Part shown: positions 7,341-16,839 of the stretch, piece after piece
Position numbering within the stretch: the stretch's first letter is position 1
Layout of the letters: every line of letters begins with the position of its first letter
NCBI GenBank assembly: GCA_035535055.1
Contig: DATLQT010000108.1
Location: 6,831 to 70,830 of the forward strand
Source of the DNA: Candidatus Dormiibacterota bacterium
Lineage (GTDB): Bacteria > Chloroflexota > Dormibacteria > Dormibacterales > Dormibacteraceae
Length of the DNA: 64,000 bases
Direction of reading: 5' to 3'
Notes under the pieces: model-generated
Database searches by the model: none
Seen by the model: only the letters and a program-made list of their open reading frames with translations
What the model was told of the DNA's origin: nothing
Program-made: the position numbers and the translations under genes

Positions 7341-8321
7341 TCAGCCGCTTCGCGCCACCTCGAAGCCATTGGCCGCCGACGCGATCAAGGCGATGAGCTC
7401 GGGGCCACTGGTCTCGCCCAGGCCGTCGGTCATCACGGTCAGGACGTAGGGTCCCGAGGGCAGGCCGAGAACGAGCGCGGTGTCGTTCTCGGTGAGGTCA
7501 AGCGCACCCGTCTTGTGGACGACGGTCACGCCGGGTGTCCCGGCGCGGATCCCGGCCTCGTAGAGGGTGCCGGTGAGCAGGGGATAGAGCCAGCCCTGGG
7601 CCGCGGCGCCACCCAGCCGCCCGTTCGCCTCGGCCACCCAGAGGGCACTGAGATCCGCCGCCGTGGTGGTGTTGCCGGCGAAGAATGAGGAGCTGGTGGC
7701 GCCGAGGGTGGCGGCCCAGGCATTGACGGCGACGCTGCCGCCGACGTCGCGGACCAGCATGTGGCCGGCGGTGTTGTCGGAATAGTGGGCGGCGCGATAG
7801 GCGAGAAGGCTGCGGCTGTAACCCTGACCCACCACGTAGTCGTCGAAGTAGCCGTCCTCGTAGTCGGCCGCCGTGAAGTAGACGAGCCCGTTGGGGTCGA
7901 CGGTCCCGGCCGCGAGCCCCTGCGCCTCCATCATCAGCGCCGCGAGCTTGTAGGTGCTCGCCGCGTCAAAGATGGTTCCCGCGTCAAAGGACCAGTTGAG
8001 TGGTTGCAGCCCGCCAAGCTCGGCCAGGTCGACGCCGACCGTCGCCCCCGACGCAGCGACGATCTGAGCGACCGAAGCGGCCAGCGCGTCGGCGCTTCGG
8101 GGTGCCGGTGGCGGCGGCGCCGTCACCGGCACTGGTGGCGCGACCGTGTCGCTCGCGGGCGGGACGGCGGAGGCGGGGGTGGAGGCGAGATGGTCGCTCG
8201 CCTTGACGTCGATGGCGGTGGCGCCGAGGCTCAGCGCGATCAGAATGGCCAGCGCCAGCCGGATGCCGAGCCACCCGCCGGGCGTGACGCTCGCTCGCGC
8301 CGACGTCTCCACGAGGACCAC
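7341..8321 (-). CDS. Membrane-anchored serine hydrolase, class A beta-lactamase-like
   Basis: 326 aa with an N-terminal TM anchor, a Pro-rich linker and the motifs S-T-Y-K, S-D-N and K-T-G in canonical order. Confidence 0.75.
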   Translation of the reverse strand: MVLVETSARASVTPGGWLGIRLALAILIALSLGATAIDVKASDHLASTPASAVPPASDTVAPPVPVTAPPPPAPRSADALAASVAQIVAASGATVGVDLAELGGLQPLNWSFDAGTIFDAASTYKLAALMMEAQGLAAGTVDPNGLVYFTAADYEDGYFDDYVVGQGYSRSLLAYRAAHYSDNTAGHMLVRDVGGSVAVNAWAATLGATSSSFFAGNTTTAADLSALWVAEANGRLGGAAAQGWLYPLLTGTLYEAGIRAGTPGVTVVHKTGALDLTENDTALVLGLPSGPYVLTVMTDGLGETSGPELIALIASAANGFEVARSG

Positions 8322-8484
8322 GATCGACCCCCGTCCGGGGTGTCAGCTGTGCGACGCCTGTGAGGTTGCTGTGAGCCGGTCCGAGGCGACGCGGCGGTGG
8401 AGCGTCTCCATCAGGTGCGCGTCACGTTGACGCAGACCCGCGGAAAGCGCCCCGACCGCCGCGACTGCGATCAGGTCCGGTCGG

Positions 8485-9036
8485 TCAGGACTTGGCGCCG
8501 GACTCCGCCATCGCCGGGACCTCGAGCAGTTCGCCCTCGATCTGGATCTTGATCTCGTTGCTGACGATGAACTTCCCGTCGAGCATCATCTCGAAGCTCA
8601 TTCCGAAGTCCTTCCGGTTGATCTCGCCCTCGGCGGCGTAGCCGATGCGATGGCCCATCTGGGGATCGGTGAACTCACCGTACCTGACCACCTGGAGGGT
8701 GACCGGGCGAGTGTTGCCCTTGATCGTCAGGTCGCCCGTGAGGGTGTAACGGTCGGTGCCAGCGGGCTCGATCTTAGTGCTCTTGAAGGTGATCGTCGGG
8801 AACTTGTCGGTCTCCAGGAAGGTGGATGCCCGGAGGTCCTTGTCGCGCTGCTCGTTGTTGGTCTTGATGCTGTCGGTCTTGATCGTCGCCTCGACGGTCG
8901 ATCGCTCAGGATGCTCGACGTCGATCTCGCCTTCGGCGGTCAGCTCCGCGAAGTGGCCTCGGACCGTCATCATCCCGAGGTGCTTGGCCGAGAACTCCAC
9001 CTGGGTGTGCAGCGGGTCGAATTTCCAAGTTGCCAT
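8485..9036 (-). CDS. YceI family (polyisoprenoid-binding) protein
   Basis: 183 aa with WKFDPLHTQVEFSAKHLGMMTVRGHF...TLTGDLTIKGNTRPV, typical of YceI. GC content is lower than in the neighbouring genes. Confidence 0.9.
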   Translation of the reverse strand: MATWKFDPLHTQVEFSAKHLGMMTVRGHFAELTAEGEIDVEHPERSTVEATIKTDSIKTNNEQRDKDLRASTFLETDKFPTITFKSTKIEPAGTDRYTLTGDLTIKGNTRPVTLQVVRYGEFTDPQMGHRIGYAAEGEINRKDFGMSFEMMLDGKFIVSNEIKIQIEGELLEVPAMAESGAKS

Positions 9037-9105
9037 GTTTTGGGGGTCGCCTCCAAACGTTTACAGACGGACTTTCGGGAACGGACAAAGAGGCAGCCAC
9101 TGCCT

Positions 9106-9134
9106 ACTTAAACTGAAACTACTTGCGCCGTCAA
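9106..9134 (-). promoter_or_regulatory. Sigma-70-like promoter candidate for the yceI-like gene
   Basis: On the minus strand: TTGACG (9134-9129), a 17-nt spacer, then TTAAGT (9111-9106). About 70 nt upstream of the ATG, in an AT-richer spacer. Confidence 0.45.
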
Positions 9135-9165
9135 AATATTTCCCCTTGGCCCCCGGCGGAAGGGG
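9133..9165 (-). terminator. Hairpin plus T-tract after the LLM-hemerythrin gene
   Basis: On the minus strand: CCCCTT-12 nt-AAGGGG followed by AAATATTTT, 1 nt after the stop codon. Confidence 0.45.
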
Positions 9166-9166
9166 C

Positions 9167-10768
9167 TCAGACCTGGTCCGGGTAGAAGCCTAGCCGTGCC
9201 AGCGGCTCGACCAGCTCGGCCTCCTCGTAGGAGAGGTGGGAGAGCAGCGAATCGGTGAGGTAGTCGAGCGCCGACTGGACGGCCGTGAAGTCGTCCGGGT
9301 GATTGATGTGCTCGACCAGCGCTCCGTCGACGTCCCGGATCGCGTCGTGGATGACGAAATGCTCCTCACCGAGCCTTCGGATGACCGGCGACAGGCTGGG
9401 GTCAGTCCGCTCCAGGTGGGGGAAGACGGCGTCGTCCTCGAGGCCGTGGTGCTGGGTGACGACCCCGCAGTAGCGCGCGCAGAAGGCCCCCAGCGTCCAG
9501 TCGTTCTGACGGAGCGCCATCTCGTTCAGGGCCGACCTTGCCTCGGCCGCGCGGAGGGCGCCGTCGCGGACCCGGGCGAGGATATCGCGCAGCTGTGTCA
9601 GCTCGGTCCGTAATCCGTCGTGGACGTCGATGAGGTGCCTGCCGACAAGGCGCCCGCGCTCGCTGTAGACGGCGTCCTGGCCCGAGGGCGAACGGTGGGG
9701 GCGCCTGGATTCGTCCCAGGACACCTTCGGGCTGAGGCGCACTCCGTCATCGGGTGTCGGGGTTACCCCGAGCCGTTGGTATTCGGACTCCCGGCCCGCT
9801 GGCGCGTCCGCGCTGGACGGTGTGGCCAGCTCCTCGGAAAGGGGGGGGATCCCGCCGCTCCCCGAGCGCCGGGCGGCGACCTCCTGCCGCACCAGGGGAG
9901 CGACGTCGGCCGCAAAGGTCTGGATCCGATCGGAGTCGTCCGCCATCAGGATGAAGGTGCCGACGCCGTCCTCGACCGCCATCCGGGTCAGCTCTTCGAC
10001 CCACCGCTCCGGGGGCCCGTCGAGCGGGCCGGCCGCGGCGCCCGAGAACGCGCCGCTGATGTTCAGCAGCCGGCGGATCGACGACGGCTCGCGGCCGGCC
10101 TGCGCGGCCGCCCGATCGATTCGCTGGTTGCCGGCGGCAAGGGCGCCTGGCTCGAGGTAGGGCAGGCTGGGGAGCCACCCGTCGGCCTTGCGGCCGACCA
10201 GGTCGAGCATCCGCGGCTTGTAGGCGCCGAGCCAGATGGCGACGTCGTGCAGTGGCGCGGGGCCGCGCAGAGCGCCGGCCAGCCGATAGTGCTTTCCGTC
10301 GTAGCGGGCGCCGCCGCGGCGGTCCGCAGCCCAGAGCTCGCGGATGACGTCGATCGCCTCCTCGAGCGCCTCGACGCCCTGGCCCGGTGTGCGGCGTGGA
10401 CCGCCCATCGCCGCCACCGCGTCGTTGAATCCACCCGCGCCGAGGCCGAGCTCGATGCGCCCACCGCTCAGGATGTCGAGGCTACTGACGGCCCGAGCCA
10501 CGACCGCCGGCGGCCGCAGTGGAAGGTTCAGCACGTTGGCGGAGAGCCGCACCTGGCTCGTTCTCGCGGCGACGAACGAGATCAGGGTCCAGGTGTCGAG
10601 GAACCTCGGCTGATAGGGGTGATCCTGGAAGGTGACGAGGTCGAGCCCGACCCGGTCGGCCAGGACGGCGAGGTCCACCACCGCCTCCGCCGCCTGGTTG
10701 GAGGGCGTGATGAAGATGCCAAACTCCAGCTGGTGCCCGTAGTCGCTCACCGTTGGGAGCGTACTCAA
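9167..10768 (-). CDS. Fusion protein: LLM-class (luciferase-like, probably F420/flavin-dependent) oxidoreductase + C-terminal hemerythrin-like HHE domain
   Basis: 533 aa. The N-terminal ~305 aa follow the LLM pattern (FGIFITP...LDLVTFQDHPY...GGRIELGLGAG). The C-terminal ~165 aa have spaced His/Glu metal ligands (HLIDVHDGLR...HHGLEDDAVFPHLE...EEHFVIHDAI...SHLSYEEAEL). Confidence 0.8.
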   Translation of the reverse strand: MSTLPTVSDYGHQLEFGIFITPSNQAAEAVVDLAVLADRVGLDLVTFQDHPYQPRFLDTWTLISFVAARTSQVRLSANVLNLPLRPPAVVARAVSSLDILSGGRIELGLGAGGFNDAVAAMGGPRRTPGQGVEALEEAIDVIRELWAADRRGGARYDGKHYRLAGALRGPAPLHDVAIWLGAYKPRMLDLVGRKADGWLPSLPYLEPGALAAGNQRIDRAAAQAGREPSSIRRLLNISGAFSGAAAGPLDGPPERWVEELTRMAVEDGVGTFILMADDSDRIQTFAADVAPLVRQEVAARRSGSGGIPPLSEELATPSSADAPAGRESEYQRLGVTPTPDDGVRLSPKVSWDESRRPHRSPSGQDAVYSERGRLVGRHLIDVHDGLRTELTQLRDILARVRDGALRAAEARSALNEMALRQNDWTLGAFCARYCGVVTQHHGLEDDAVFPHLERTDPSLSPVIRRLGEEHFVIHDAIRDVDGALVEHINHPDDFTAVQSALDYLTDSLLSHLSYEEAELVEPLARLGFYPDQV

Positions 10769-10781
10769 AGGAGTTCGGAGA

Positions 10782-11654
10782 GTGGAGTACAGCAGCCTCG
10801 ATGTCCCGGTACCCGGCGGGCGGCTGGCCGTCGGCGAATGGCGTGGGGGCGACGAGCCGATCCTCGCCGTTCACGGCCTCAGCAGCACCCATCGCCTCTG
10901 GTCTTGGACCGCGGGCCACCTTTCGGCAGTGCGGCTCATCGCCCCCGACCTCCGCGGCCGCGGCGCCAGCCAGGGCCTGGGCTCGGGCTACGGCCTGGAG
11001 ACGCACCGCGACGACCTGCTACGCGTCCTCGACCATCTCGAGATCGATCGGGCGACGGTCATCGGCATGTCCCTCGGCGGCTTCATCTCCGTGATGCTGG
11101 CCGCCGCCGCGCCGGACCGGGTGAGCCGACTGCTGCTGGTGGACGGCGGCTTCCCGATGGCGGGGGCTGCAGCCTTCGCGAACCTCACCCGTGAGCAGCT
11201 CGCGGGAGTCTTTAGGGATCGCCTGGACCGGCTGGGCAGGGACTGGGTCAGCCTCGAGGAGTACCGCGACTTCTTCATCGCGAACACAGCGCCGCTGCTC
11301 GACCCGGACGACCCCGTCCTGCGCGACTACCTCGCCTACGACCTCGTCGGCGAGGCTCCCCGCCTGCGGGTTCGGATGGACGCGCAGGCTATCGCCGACG
11401 ACTTCGCCGACCTCTTCCTCGGCACGTCGGCCACGGCAGCGGCGGAGAGCCTGTCGGTGCCGACGCGGATGCTCTTCGCCCAGTGGAGCGTCGGTCGGGA
11501 CAGCGCTCCCGGCTACACGGCCCGGGTGCTGGAGCCGTGGGCGAAGCGGGTCCCCGGCTTCCAGGCGACGCTGCTGCCCGGGACCGACCACGCCGCCACC
11601 GTCATGACCGACGCGTCGGGAGCCGCGATCGCGGCCGAGCTGGGCCGCTTCTAG
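10782..11654 (+). CDS. Alpha/beta hydrolase
   Basis: 290 aa with HG oxyanion motif (LAVHGLSS), nucleophile elbow GMSLGG and a C-terminal His (GTDHAA). Confidence 0.8.
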   Translation: MEYSSLDVPVPGGRLAVGEWRGGDEPILAVHGLSSTHRLWSWTAGHLSAVRLIAPDLRGRGASQGLGSGYGLETHRDDLLRVLDHLEIDRATVIGMSLGGFISVMLAAAAPDRVSRLLLVDGGFPMAGAAAFANLTREQLAGVFRDRLDRLGRDWVSLEEYRDFFIANTAPLLDPDDPVLRDYLAYDLVGEAPRLRVRMDAQAIADDFADLFLGTSATAAAESLSVPTRMLFAQWSVGRDSAPGYTARVLEPWAKRVPGFQATLLPGTDHAATVMTDASGAAIAAELGRF

Positions 11655-12418
11655 GGAGTCGTTCCCGGGTCGGTGAACTCTATCCCGCCCTGGAAGTCTC
11701 CGACCGGGAGGTCGACGACCTCGGCGGCGTACGCCTCGGCATCGTCCTCCGGCTGGTAGCCGAGCCGCCTGCCGCTCTCGAGGTCCCACCAGCCGCGCGT
11801 GTTGCGCGACACCCCGTAGACAACCGCGAAGCCCAGGTCGGGCGCGCTGAGGCAGGCTCGCACCAGCCGGCCGAGGTCGCCGGGCGAGATCCAGGTTGAG
11901 AGGTGGCGCCGGTTCTGGGGCCGCTCCAGCGCGGTGCCGATCCGCAGGCAGGCGACGCTAAGCCCGAACTTGTCGTGATAGAGGCTGCCGAGGGCCTCCC
12001 CGGCGGCCTTGCTGACGCCGTAGAAGGTGTCGGGGCGCGGTGGGGCGCCGGGACCGATCCGTTCGCCGGCGGGGTGAAAGCCGGTGACGTGGTTGGAGGA
12101 GGCGAAGACCACCCGGTGACAGCCCTCCCGGCGGGCGGCCTCGAGGACGGCCCAAGTCCCCGCGATGTTGGCCTGCAGGATGTCCGGGAAGGGCGCCTCG
12201 ACGGGGATGCCGGCAAGGTGCACGCAGGCGTCGCAACCGGCCATGGCCCGGCGCGCGAAACCGAGGTCGGTGACGTCGCCGCGCAAGAACTCCTCGCCCG
12301 TCCCTGGCTCCAGCGGCCTGAGGTCGATCAGCCGGAGCTCTTTCGCCACACCGGCCAGTGAGCGGCGGAGCATGCCGCCCACGGTGCCGGCGGCGCCGGT
12401 GATGGCCAGCCTCTGCAC
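11651..12418 (-). CDS. NAD-dependent epimerase/dehydratase family SDR (uronate dehydrogenase-like)
   Basis: 255 aa with ITGAAGTVGG and the YGVSK (YxxxK) catalytic motif. Confidence 0.8.
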   Translation of the reverse strand: MQRLAITGAAGTVGGMLRRSLAGVAKELRLIDLRPLEPGTGEEFLRGDVTDLGFARRAMAGCDACVHLAGIPVEAPFPDILQANIAGTWAVLEAARREGCHRVVFASSNHVTGFHPAGERIGPGAPPRPDTFYGVSKAAGEALGSLYHDKFGLSVACLRIGTALERPQNRRHLSTWISPGDLGRLVRACLSAPDLGFAVVYGVSRNTRGWWDLESGRRLGYQPEDDAEAYAAEVVDLPVGDFQGGIEFTDPGTTP

Positions 12419-12485
12419 CGCCCAACGCTAGCTGAAATTCGCGCGGGCCGATCCGCCGGGGCATCGTCTCCTGAAGCGGGTTACA

Positions 12486-13307
12486 TTGCGGCTCGTGGCA
12501 GGGGGCAAGCGCTCGCAGCAGCCGGTCCTCCTCGACAAGAAGGGCTACGGGAAGGAGCTCCGCCGCCTCCAGGTCGATCTCCTGCAGCTGGAGGAATGGG
12601 TCCAGCACCAGCAGCTTCGAGTCGTGGTCGTCTTCGAGGGCCGCGACACCGCCGGCAAGGGCGGCGTCATCAAGCGCATGAATGCGTTGCTCAACCCCCG
12701 CTTCGTGCGCGTCGTCGCGCTGCCGGCCCCGACCGAGCGGGAACGCCACCAGTGGTATTTCCAGCGCTACGTGGCTCACCTGCCCTCCGCCGGCGAGATG
12801 GTCTTCTTCGACCGCAGCTGGTACAACCGGGCCGGCGTCGAGCGGGTGATGGGCTTTTGCTCGGACGCCGAGTACGACGACTTCATGGTCACCTGCCCAG
12901 AGTTCGAACGGATGCTGATCCGTTCGGGGATCACCCTGGTCAAGTACTGGCTCTCGGTCAGCGACGAGGAGCAGGAGCGCCGCTTCCTGGCCCGGATCAA
13001 CGACACCTCCAAGCGCTGGAAGCTGAGCCCGATGGACCTCCAGGCGCGGGCGCGCTGGGTGGACTACTCGGAGGCGAAGGACCGGATGTTCGCGCACTGC
13101 GACACCGAAGATTCGCCCTGGCACGTGGTCGAGAGCGACAACAAGCGGTCCGCCCACCTCAACCTCATCAGCCACTTCCTCTCGCTGATCCCCTACCAGG
13201 AGATGGCGCACGACGACATCCGGCTACCGCCGAAGCAGCGGCGGAAGTACGAACGGCCTCCCAGGGACACCCAGCGGATGGTGCCGGCCCGCTACGACGT
13301 CGCCTGA
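12486..13307 (+). CDS. ppk2: Polyphosphate kinase 2
   Basis: 273 aa with Walker A FEGRDTAGKGG and PPK2 motifs (WYFQRY, FDRSWYNR, SPWHVV). TTG start is uncertain. Confidence 0.9.
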   Translation: MRLVAGGKRSQQPVLLDKKGYGKELRRLQVDLLQLEEWVQHQQLRVVVVFEGRDTAGKGGVIKRMNALLNPRFVRVVALPAPTERERHQWYFQRYVAHLPSAGEMVFFDRSWYNRAGVERVMGFCSDAEYDDFMVTCPEFERMLIRSGITLVKYWLSVSDEEQERRFLARINDTSKRWKLSPMDLQARARWVDYSEAKDRMFAHCDTEDSPWHVVESDNKRSAHLNLISHFLSLIPYQEMAHDDIRLPPKQRRKYERPPRDTQRMVPARYDVA

Positions 13308-13309
13308 GG

Positions 13310-14248
13310 TCAGCGCAGGAGCCGGATCACCTCGCCCGCCACCGACACTGATTCGGGCGTCGGAAGCATCGGGTTGTTGAAGGTGAACCCGGTGAAGCCG
13401 GCGTCGATGTAGGGACGGAGGAACTCGGCCGCCTGCTCGGGGGTGACGGCCCGCAGGGTCGAGCGGCGTTCGCTGGGCACGCGATCCAGCAACGCCTGGG
13501 CCTCCTTTTCGGTGGCAGCCAGGACGAGGCCGGCGCCGATCGTCTTGACCACGGTGGAAGAGTCGCGATCGACCGCCTCACAGTGCCGCTCGAAGACCTC
13601 CAGCTTGTGCTTGAGGTCCGCGACGCTGGCGCCGAACCAGTGGGTGATGTCGGCGTGCTGGGCCGCGATCCGGAGCGTCCGCCGCTCCCCGGTCCCGCCG
13701 ACCAGGATCTGGGGTCCGCCGGCCTGGATCGGGCGCGGGCTGTTGAGCGCCCGCTCGATCCGGTAGTGCTTACCCTCGAAGCTCGGCCGCTCCTCGGTGA
13801 ACATCAACTTGCAGATGGTGAGCGCCTCGTCGAGCCTGTCCATCCGCTCGCCGATGGGCGGGAAGGCGATCCCGTAGCCGGCGTGCTCCGCCTCGTTCCA
13901 GGCGGCGCCCAGCCCGAGCACGGCGCGGCCCTTCGAGATCACGTCGAGCGTGGTCACCATCTTCGCCAGGAGGGCCGGGTTCCGGTAGGTGACCCCTGTG
14001 ACCAGCGTGCCGAGCTTGACCCGGCTGGTGCTCACCGCCAGCGCTGCCAGCGTCGAGTAGCACTCGAGCATGGCGTTCTCCTCCGGACCGACGCCGGGGA
14101 TCTGGTAGAAGTGGTCCATCACCGTGACCAGGTCGAAATCGGCCGCCTCCGCCGCGCGGGCCATCTCGACGACCCGGTCGAAGAGCCCGTCCGCCGGTAC
14201 GCCGTGATAGGTGTAGTTGGGCATGTGGAAGCCGAAAAGGAGTCTCAT
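13310..14248 (-). CDS. LLM-class F420-dependent oxidoreductase
   Basis: 312 aa from MRLLFGFHMP (ATG 14248; alternative ATG 14275). TIM-barrel LLM pattern (VMDHFYQ...GRAVLGLGAAW). The long track ORF up to 15385 is antisense shadow of the aminotransferase gene. Confidence 0.85.
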   Translation of the reverse strand: MRLLFGFHMPNYTYHGVPADGLFDRVVEMARAAEAADFDLVTVMDHFYQIPGVGPEENAMLECYSTLAALAVSTSRVKLGTLVTGVTYRNPALLAKMVTTLDVISKGRAVLGLGAAWNEAEHAGYGIAFPPIGERMDRLDEALTICKLMFTEERPSFEGKHYRIERALNSPRPIQAGGPQILVGGTGERRTLRIAAQHADITHWFGASVADLKHKLEVFERHCEAVDRDSSTVVKTIGAGLVLAATEKEAQALLDRVPSERRSTLRAVTPEQAAEFLRPYIDAGFTGFTFNNPMLPTPESVSVAGEVIRLLR

Positions 14249-14293
14249 GCAGTCTGAAATCGTGTTTGCCGCCATCTCCTTCCCTACGCGGCT

Positions 14294-15439
14294 GTGATCG
14301 ACGTCGCCTCGCTTCGCCGCGAGCAGTTCCCGGTGACCGAGAAATGGAGCTGGTTCAACCACGCTACCTTCGGGCCGCCTCCGACGGCCTTCGTGAAAAA
14401 GGTCGCCGACTTCGCCGGGTTGATGACGACCGGCGACATCCCCGAGAGCCAGGCCCTCTGGGTGGACACCATCGACGAGGTGCGCGCCCGGGCCGCCCGC
14501 TTCATCAACTGCGATCCCGACGACGTCGCCTTCCTGAAGAACACGGCGGAGGGGATGGGCGTACTCGCGCTGGGCCTCGACTGGCAGCCGGGCGACGAGG
14601 TGATCGCCTACGACCAGGCCTTCCCGGCCGACGTCTATCCCTGGATGAATCAGGCCGGGAGGGGGGTCGAGTTGAAGCTGGTCGCCGACCGGGGTCGCCA
14701 GAGGTACGACGCTGCCGACGTCGAGGCCCTGATGACGCCCCGGACGCGCCTGGTCTGCCTCGAGCTGGTGAACTTCAACAGCGGCTTCCGGGCGCCGATC
14801 GCGGAGATCGGGCGGCTCTGCAAAGAGCGCGGGGCCTGGCTGGTGGTGGACGCCACCCAGGCCGCCGGCGCGATGCGGATCGACGTCCGCGAGCTCGGCT
14901 GTGACGTTCTTGTCGCCCACGCCTATAAGTTCTTGATGTCGGGCTGGGGCACCGCGATCTGCTACTTCGCACCCCACACCCGGGCCCGGCTCGGCGTCCC
15001 CGAGCCCGGGTGGAAGAGCCTGCGGGAGATCAGGAACGTTGCCCGCCTGACCGACTACAAGCTGGACTACGCGACCGAGGCGCGGCGCTGGGAGCCGGGC
15101 ATCCCCGACGTGCTCTCGATCCTCGGCCTGGGCGCGGTCCTGGACCTCATGCGCAGGGTTGGCACCGACCGGATCGAGGAGCGGGTGCTCGCCTACGCGA
15201 GGGAGGTCGCCGAGGCCCTCGAGGGGCGCGGCTGGAAGGTCATCAGCTCCCGGCTGCCCGGCGAGGGGTCGGGCATCCTCTCCCTGGAGCGGGAGGGGGT
15301 GGACACCGCCGCCGTGCAGGAGGAGCTGCGCCGAAGGAATGTCGCCTGCGCCGTCCGGGAGGGCCGGATGCGGGTCTCCGTCCACTTCTACAACGACGGC
15401 TCCGACCTCGAGCGGCTCCTCGACTGCCTTCCCGCCTGA
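14294..15439 (+). CDS. Class V aminotransferase / cysteine desulfurase-like PLP enzyme
   Basis: 381 aa with a GTG start. Class V fold pattern and the probable PLP lysine in AHAYKFL. Confidence 0.8.
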   Translation: MIDVASLRREQFPVTEKWSWFNHATFGPPPTAFVKKVADFAGLMTTGDIPESQALWVDTIDEVRARAARFINCDPDDVAFLKNTAEGMGVLALGLDWQPGDEVIAYDQAFPADVYPWMNQAGRGVELKLVADRGRQRYDAADVEALMTPRTRLVCLELVNFNSGFRAPIAEIGRLCKERGAWLVVDATQAAGAMRIDVRELGCDVLVAHAYKFLMSGWGTAICYFAPHTRARLGVPEPGWKSLREIRNVARLTDYKLDYATEARRWEPGIPDVLSILGLGAVLDLMRRVGTDRIEERVLAYAREVAEALEGRGWKVISSRLPGEGSGILSLEREGVDTAAVQEELRRRNVACAVREGRMRVSVHFYNDGSDLERLLDCLPA

Positions 15440-15444
15440 CGGCC

Positions 15445-15987
15445 TTGCTACGCGACGTGGCGGCGGAGAGCGACGCGGGAGCCTGCCTCGAGATCTACGC
15501 GCCCTATGTGCGCGACACGGCGATCTCGTTCGAGGAGGAGGTGCCGACGCTGGAGGAGTTCTCGCAGCGCATCCGGGCCTACACCCGGACCCATCCGTGG
15601 CTGGTCTTCGAGGCCCCCGAGGGCATCGCCGGCTACGCCTATGCCAGCCAGCACCGCTCCCGCGCGGCCTATCGCTGGGCGGCCGACGTCACCGTCTACG
15701 TCGCCCCGAGCCGGCATCGCGGCGGGGTCGGCCGGCAGCTCTACCAAGAGCTCTTCGACCGTCTGCGCAAAAGGGGCTTCCACGTCGCCTGTGCCGGGAT
15801 CACGCTGCCCAATCCGGCGAGCGTCGGCCTGCACGAAGCGCTCGGTTTCAAGCCGGTTGGGACCTACCCGCGGATCGGTTGGAAGGCTGGCGCCTGGCAC
15901 GACGTGGGCTGGTGGCAACTCGAGCTGCAGCGGGCAGCGGACCGCAGACCAGCTGAGCTTCGCGCGGCCTCGGGCGATCCCGGCTGA
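15445..15987 (+). CDS. GNAT N-acetyltransferase, phosphinothricin-acetyltransferase-like
   Basis: 180 aa from TTG 15445. Pattern IYAPYVRDTAISFEEEVPTLEEF...RGGVGRQLY...GLHEALGFKPVG. Confidence 0.8.
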   Translation: MLRDVAAESDAGACLEIYAPYVRDTAISFEEEVPTLEEFSQRIRAYTRTHPWLVFEAPEGIAGYAYASQHRSRAAYRWAADVTVYVAPSRHRGGVGRQLYQELFDRLRKRGFHVACAGITLPNPASVGLHEALGFKPVGTYPRIGWKAGAWHDVGWWQLELQRAADRRPAELRAASGDPG

Positions 15988-15992
15988 GCGCG

Positions 15993-16814
15993 TCAGGACC
16001 ACGAATCCGGGGCGAGCGCGGCACCATCCCGCCGCGCCGGCGCCTTCTCGGCTTCGACGTCCACCTTAGTCACCGTCAGGTATGCGACCAGGATGACGAT
16101 CGCGACGGTCAGCACGGCCGCCACCCTTCCCCGGCCGTAATCGAGGCCGCCCAGGCTCTGCGGTACCCCGAGCCAATCCGCGTATGACGCGCCCATTGGC
16201 CGGGTGATGATGTAGGCGAACCAGAAGGCGAAGACCTCGTTGAGCCCGGCCAGCCGGCGGGCGAGGAACGGGATGGCGAAGACCACCGTGTAGGCCAGCC
16301 CGGAGACGAGCCAGCCGAGGTGCAGGGTGTATGCGCTGAGGTCGCCCAGCGCGGTGCCCATGGCGAAGGTCGCCAGCACCGCCGCCCAGTAGAAGAGCTC
16401 CCGCCGGCGGGTGACGATGCTGTGGATCGTGAGCGTCCGTTCGGTCAGGTACCAGCTGGCGAAGATGACCGCCAGGCCAGCCGCGCAGATCGACGCCGAG
16501 ATCGCGTAGGGGATCTGGAGGACGATGTGGGCGGCGTCCGCCGCCATGGTGCCGAAGACGGCGACCATCGCCACCGCGAACCAGTAGGCGGAGGCGATGT
16601 AGCTGCGGACGGCGAGCTGGATCGCGAGCGCCAGCACCAGGCCCGCGAGGCCGATGGCGACGGCCAGGTAGGGGTTGATGGTGTGCACCAGGTAGTCCGA
16701 GATCGCCTCGCCCTGGGCGGTGGTGAGGATCTTGACGATCCAGAAATAGAGGGTGATCGCCGGGACCTTGCGAAGGATCCCGCTGGTCCGCGCCACCCAC
16801 AGAAGGATAGCCAC
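15993..16814 (-). CDS. Polytopic membrane protein (COG4705-like, function unknown)
   Basis: 273 aa with ~8 TM segments in an internally repeated arrangement (FWIVKILTTAQGEAISDYL ... FWFAYIITRPMGASYADWL). Confidence 0.6.
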   Translation of the reverse strand: MAILLWVARTSGILRKVPAITLYFWIVKILTTAQGEAISDYLVHTINPYLAVAIGLAGLVLALAIQLAVRSYIASAYWFAVAMVAVFGTMAADAAHIVLQIPYAISASICAAGLAVIFASWYLTERTLTIHSIVTRRRELFYWAAVLATFAMGTALGDLSAYTLHLGWLVSGLAYTVVFAIPFLARRLAGLNEVFAFWFAYIITRPMGASYADWLGVPQSLGGLDYGRGRVAAVLTVAIVILVAYLTVTKVDVEAEKAPARRDGAALAPDSWS

Positions 16815-16839
16815 CGACCCCGGTCCAACTCGGGGCCCG

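Noticed and set aside
8322-8484. Small minus-strand ORFs between the yceI-like gene and the beta-lactamase-like gene (for example METLHRRVASDRLTATSQASHS).
   Set aside because: They are very short and have no RBS, no hydrophobic or Cys pattern and no recognisable family.
8485-9166. Lower GC of the yceI-like gene and its upstream spacer as a sign of horizontal transfer.
   Set aside because: The shift is modest and confined to one highly conserved gene plus its promoter region. There are no flanking mobility signals.
13310-15385. The 691-aa track ORF, and similar N-terminal extensions: amt to 21265, hemE from 39559, PaaK-like from 42840, ASCH to 54406, crotonase to 58597, mntP to 60072, MFS to 6906.
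   Set aside because: Family homology begins at internal start codons. The extensions overlap neighbouring genes or are low-complexity Arg/Pro sequence.
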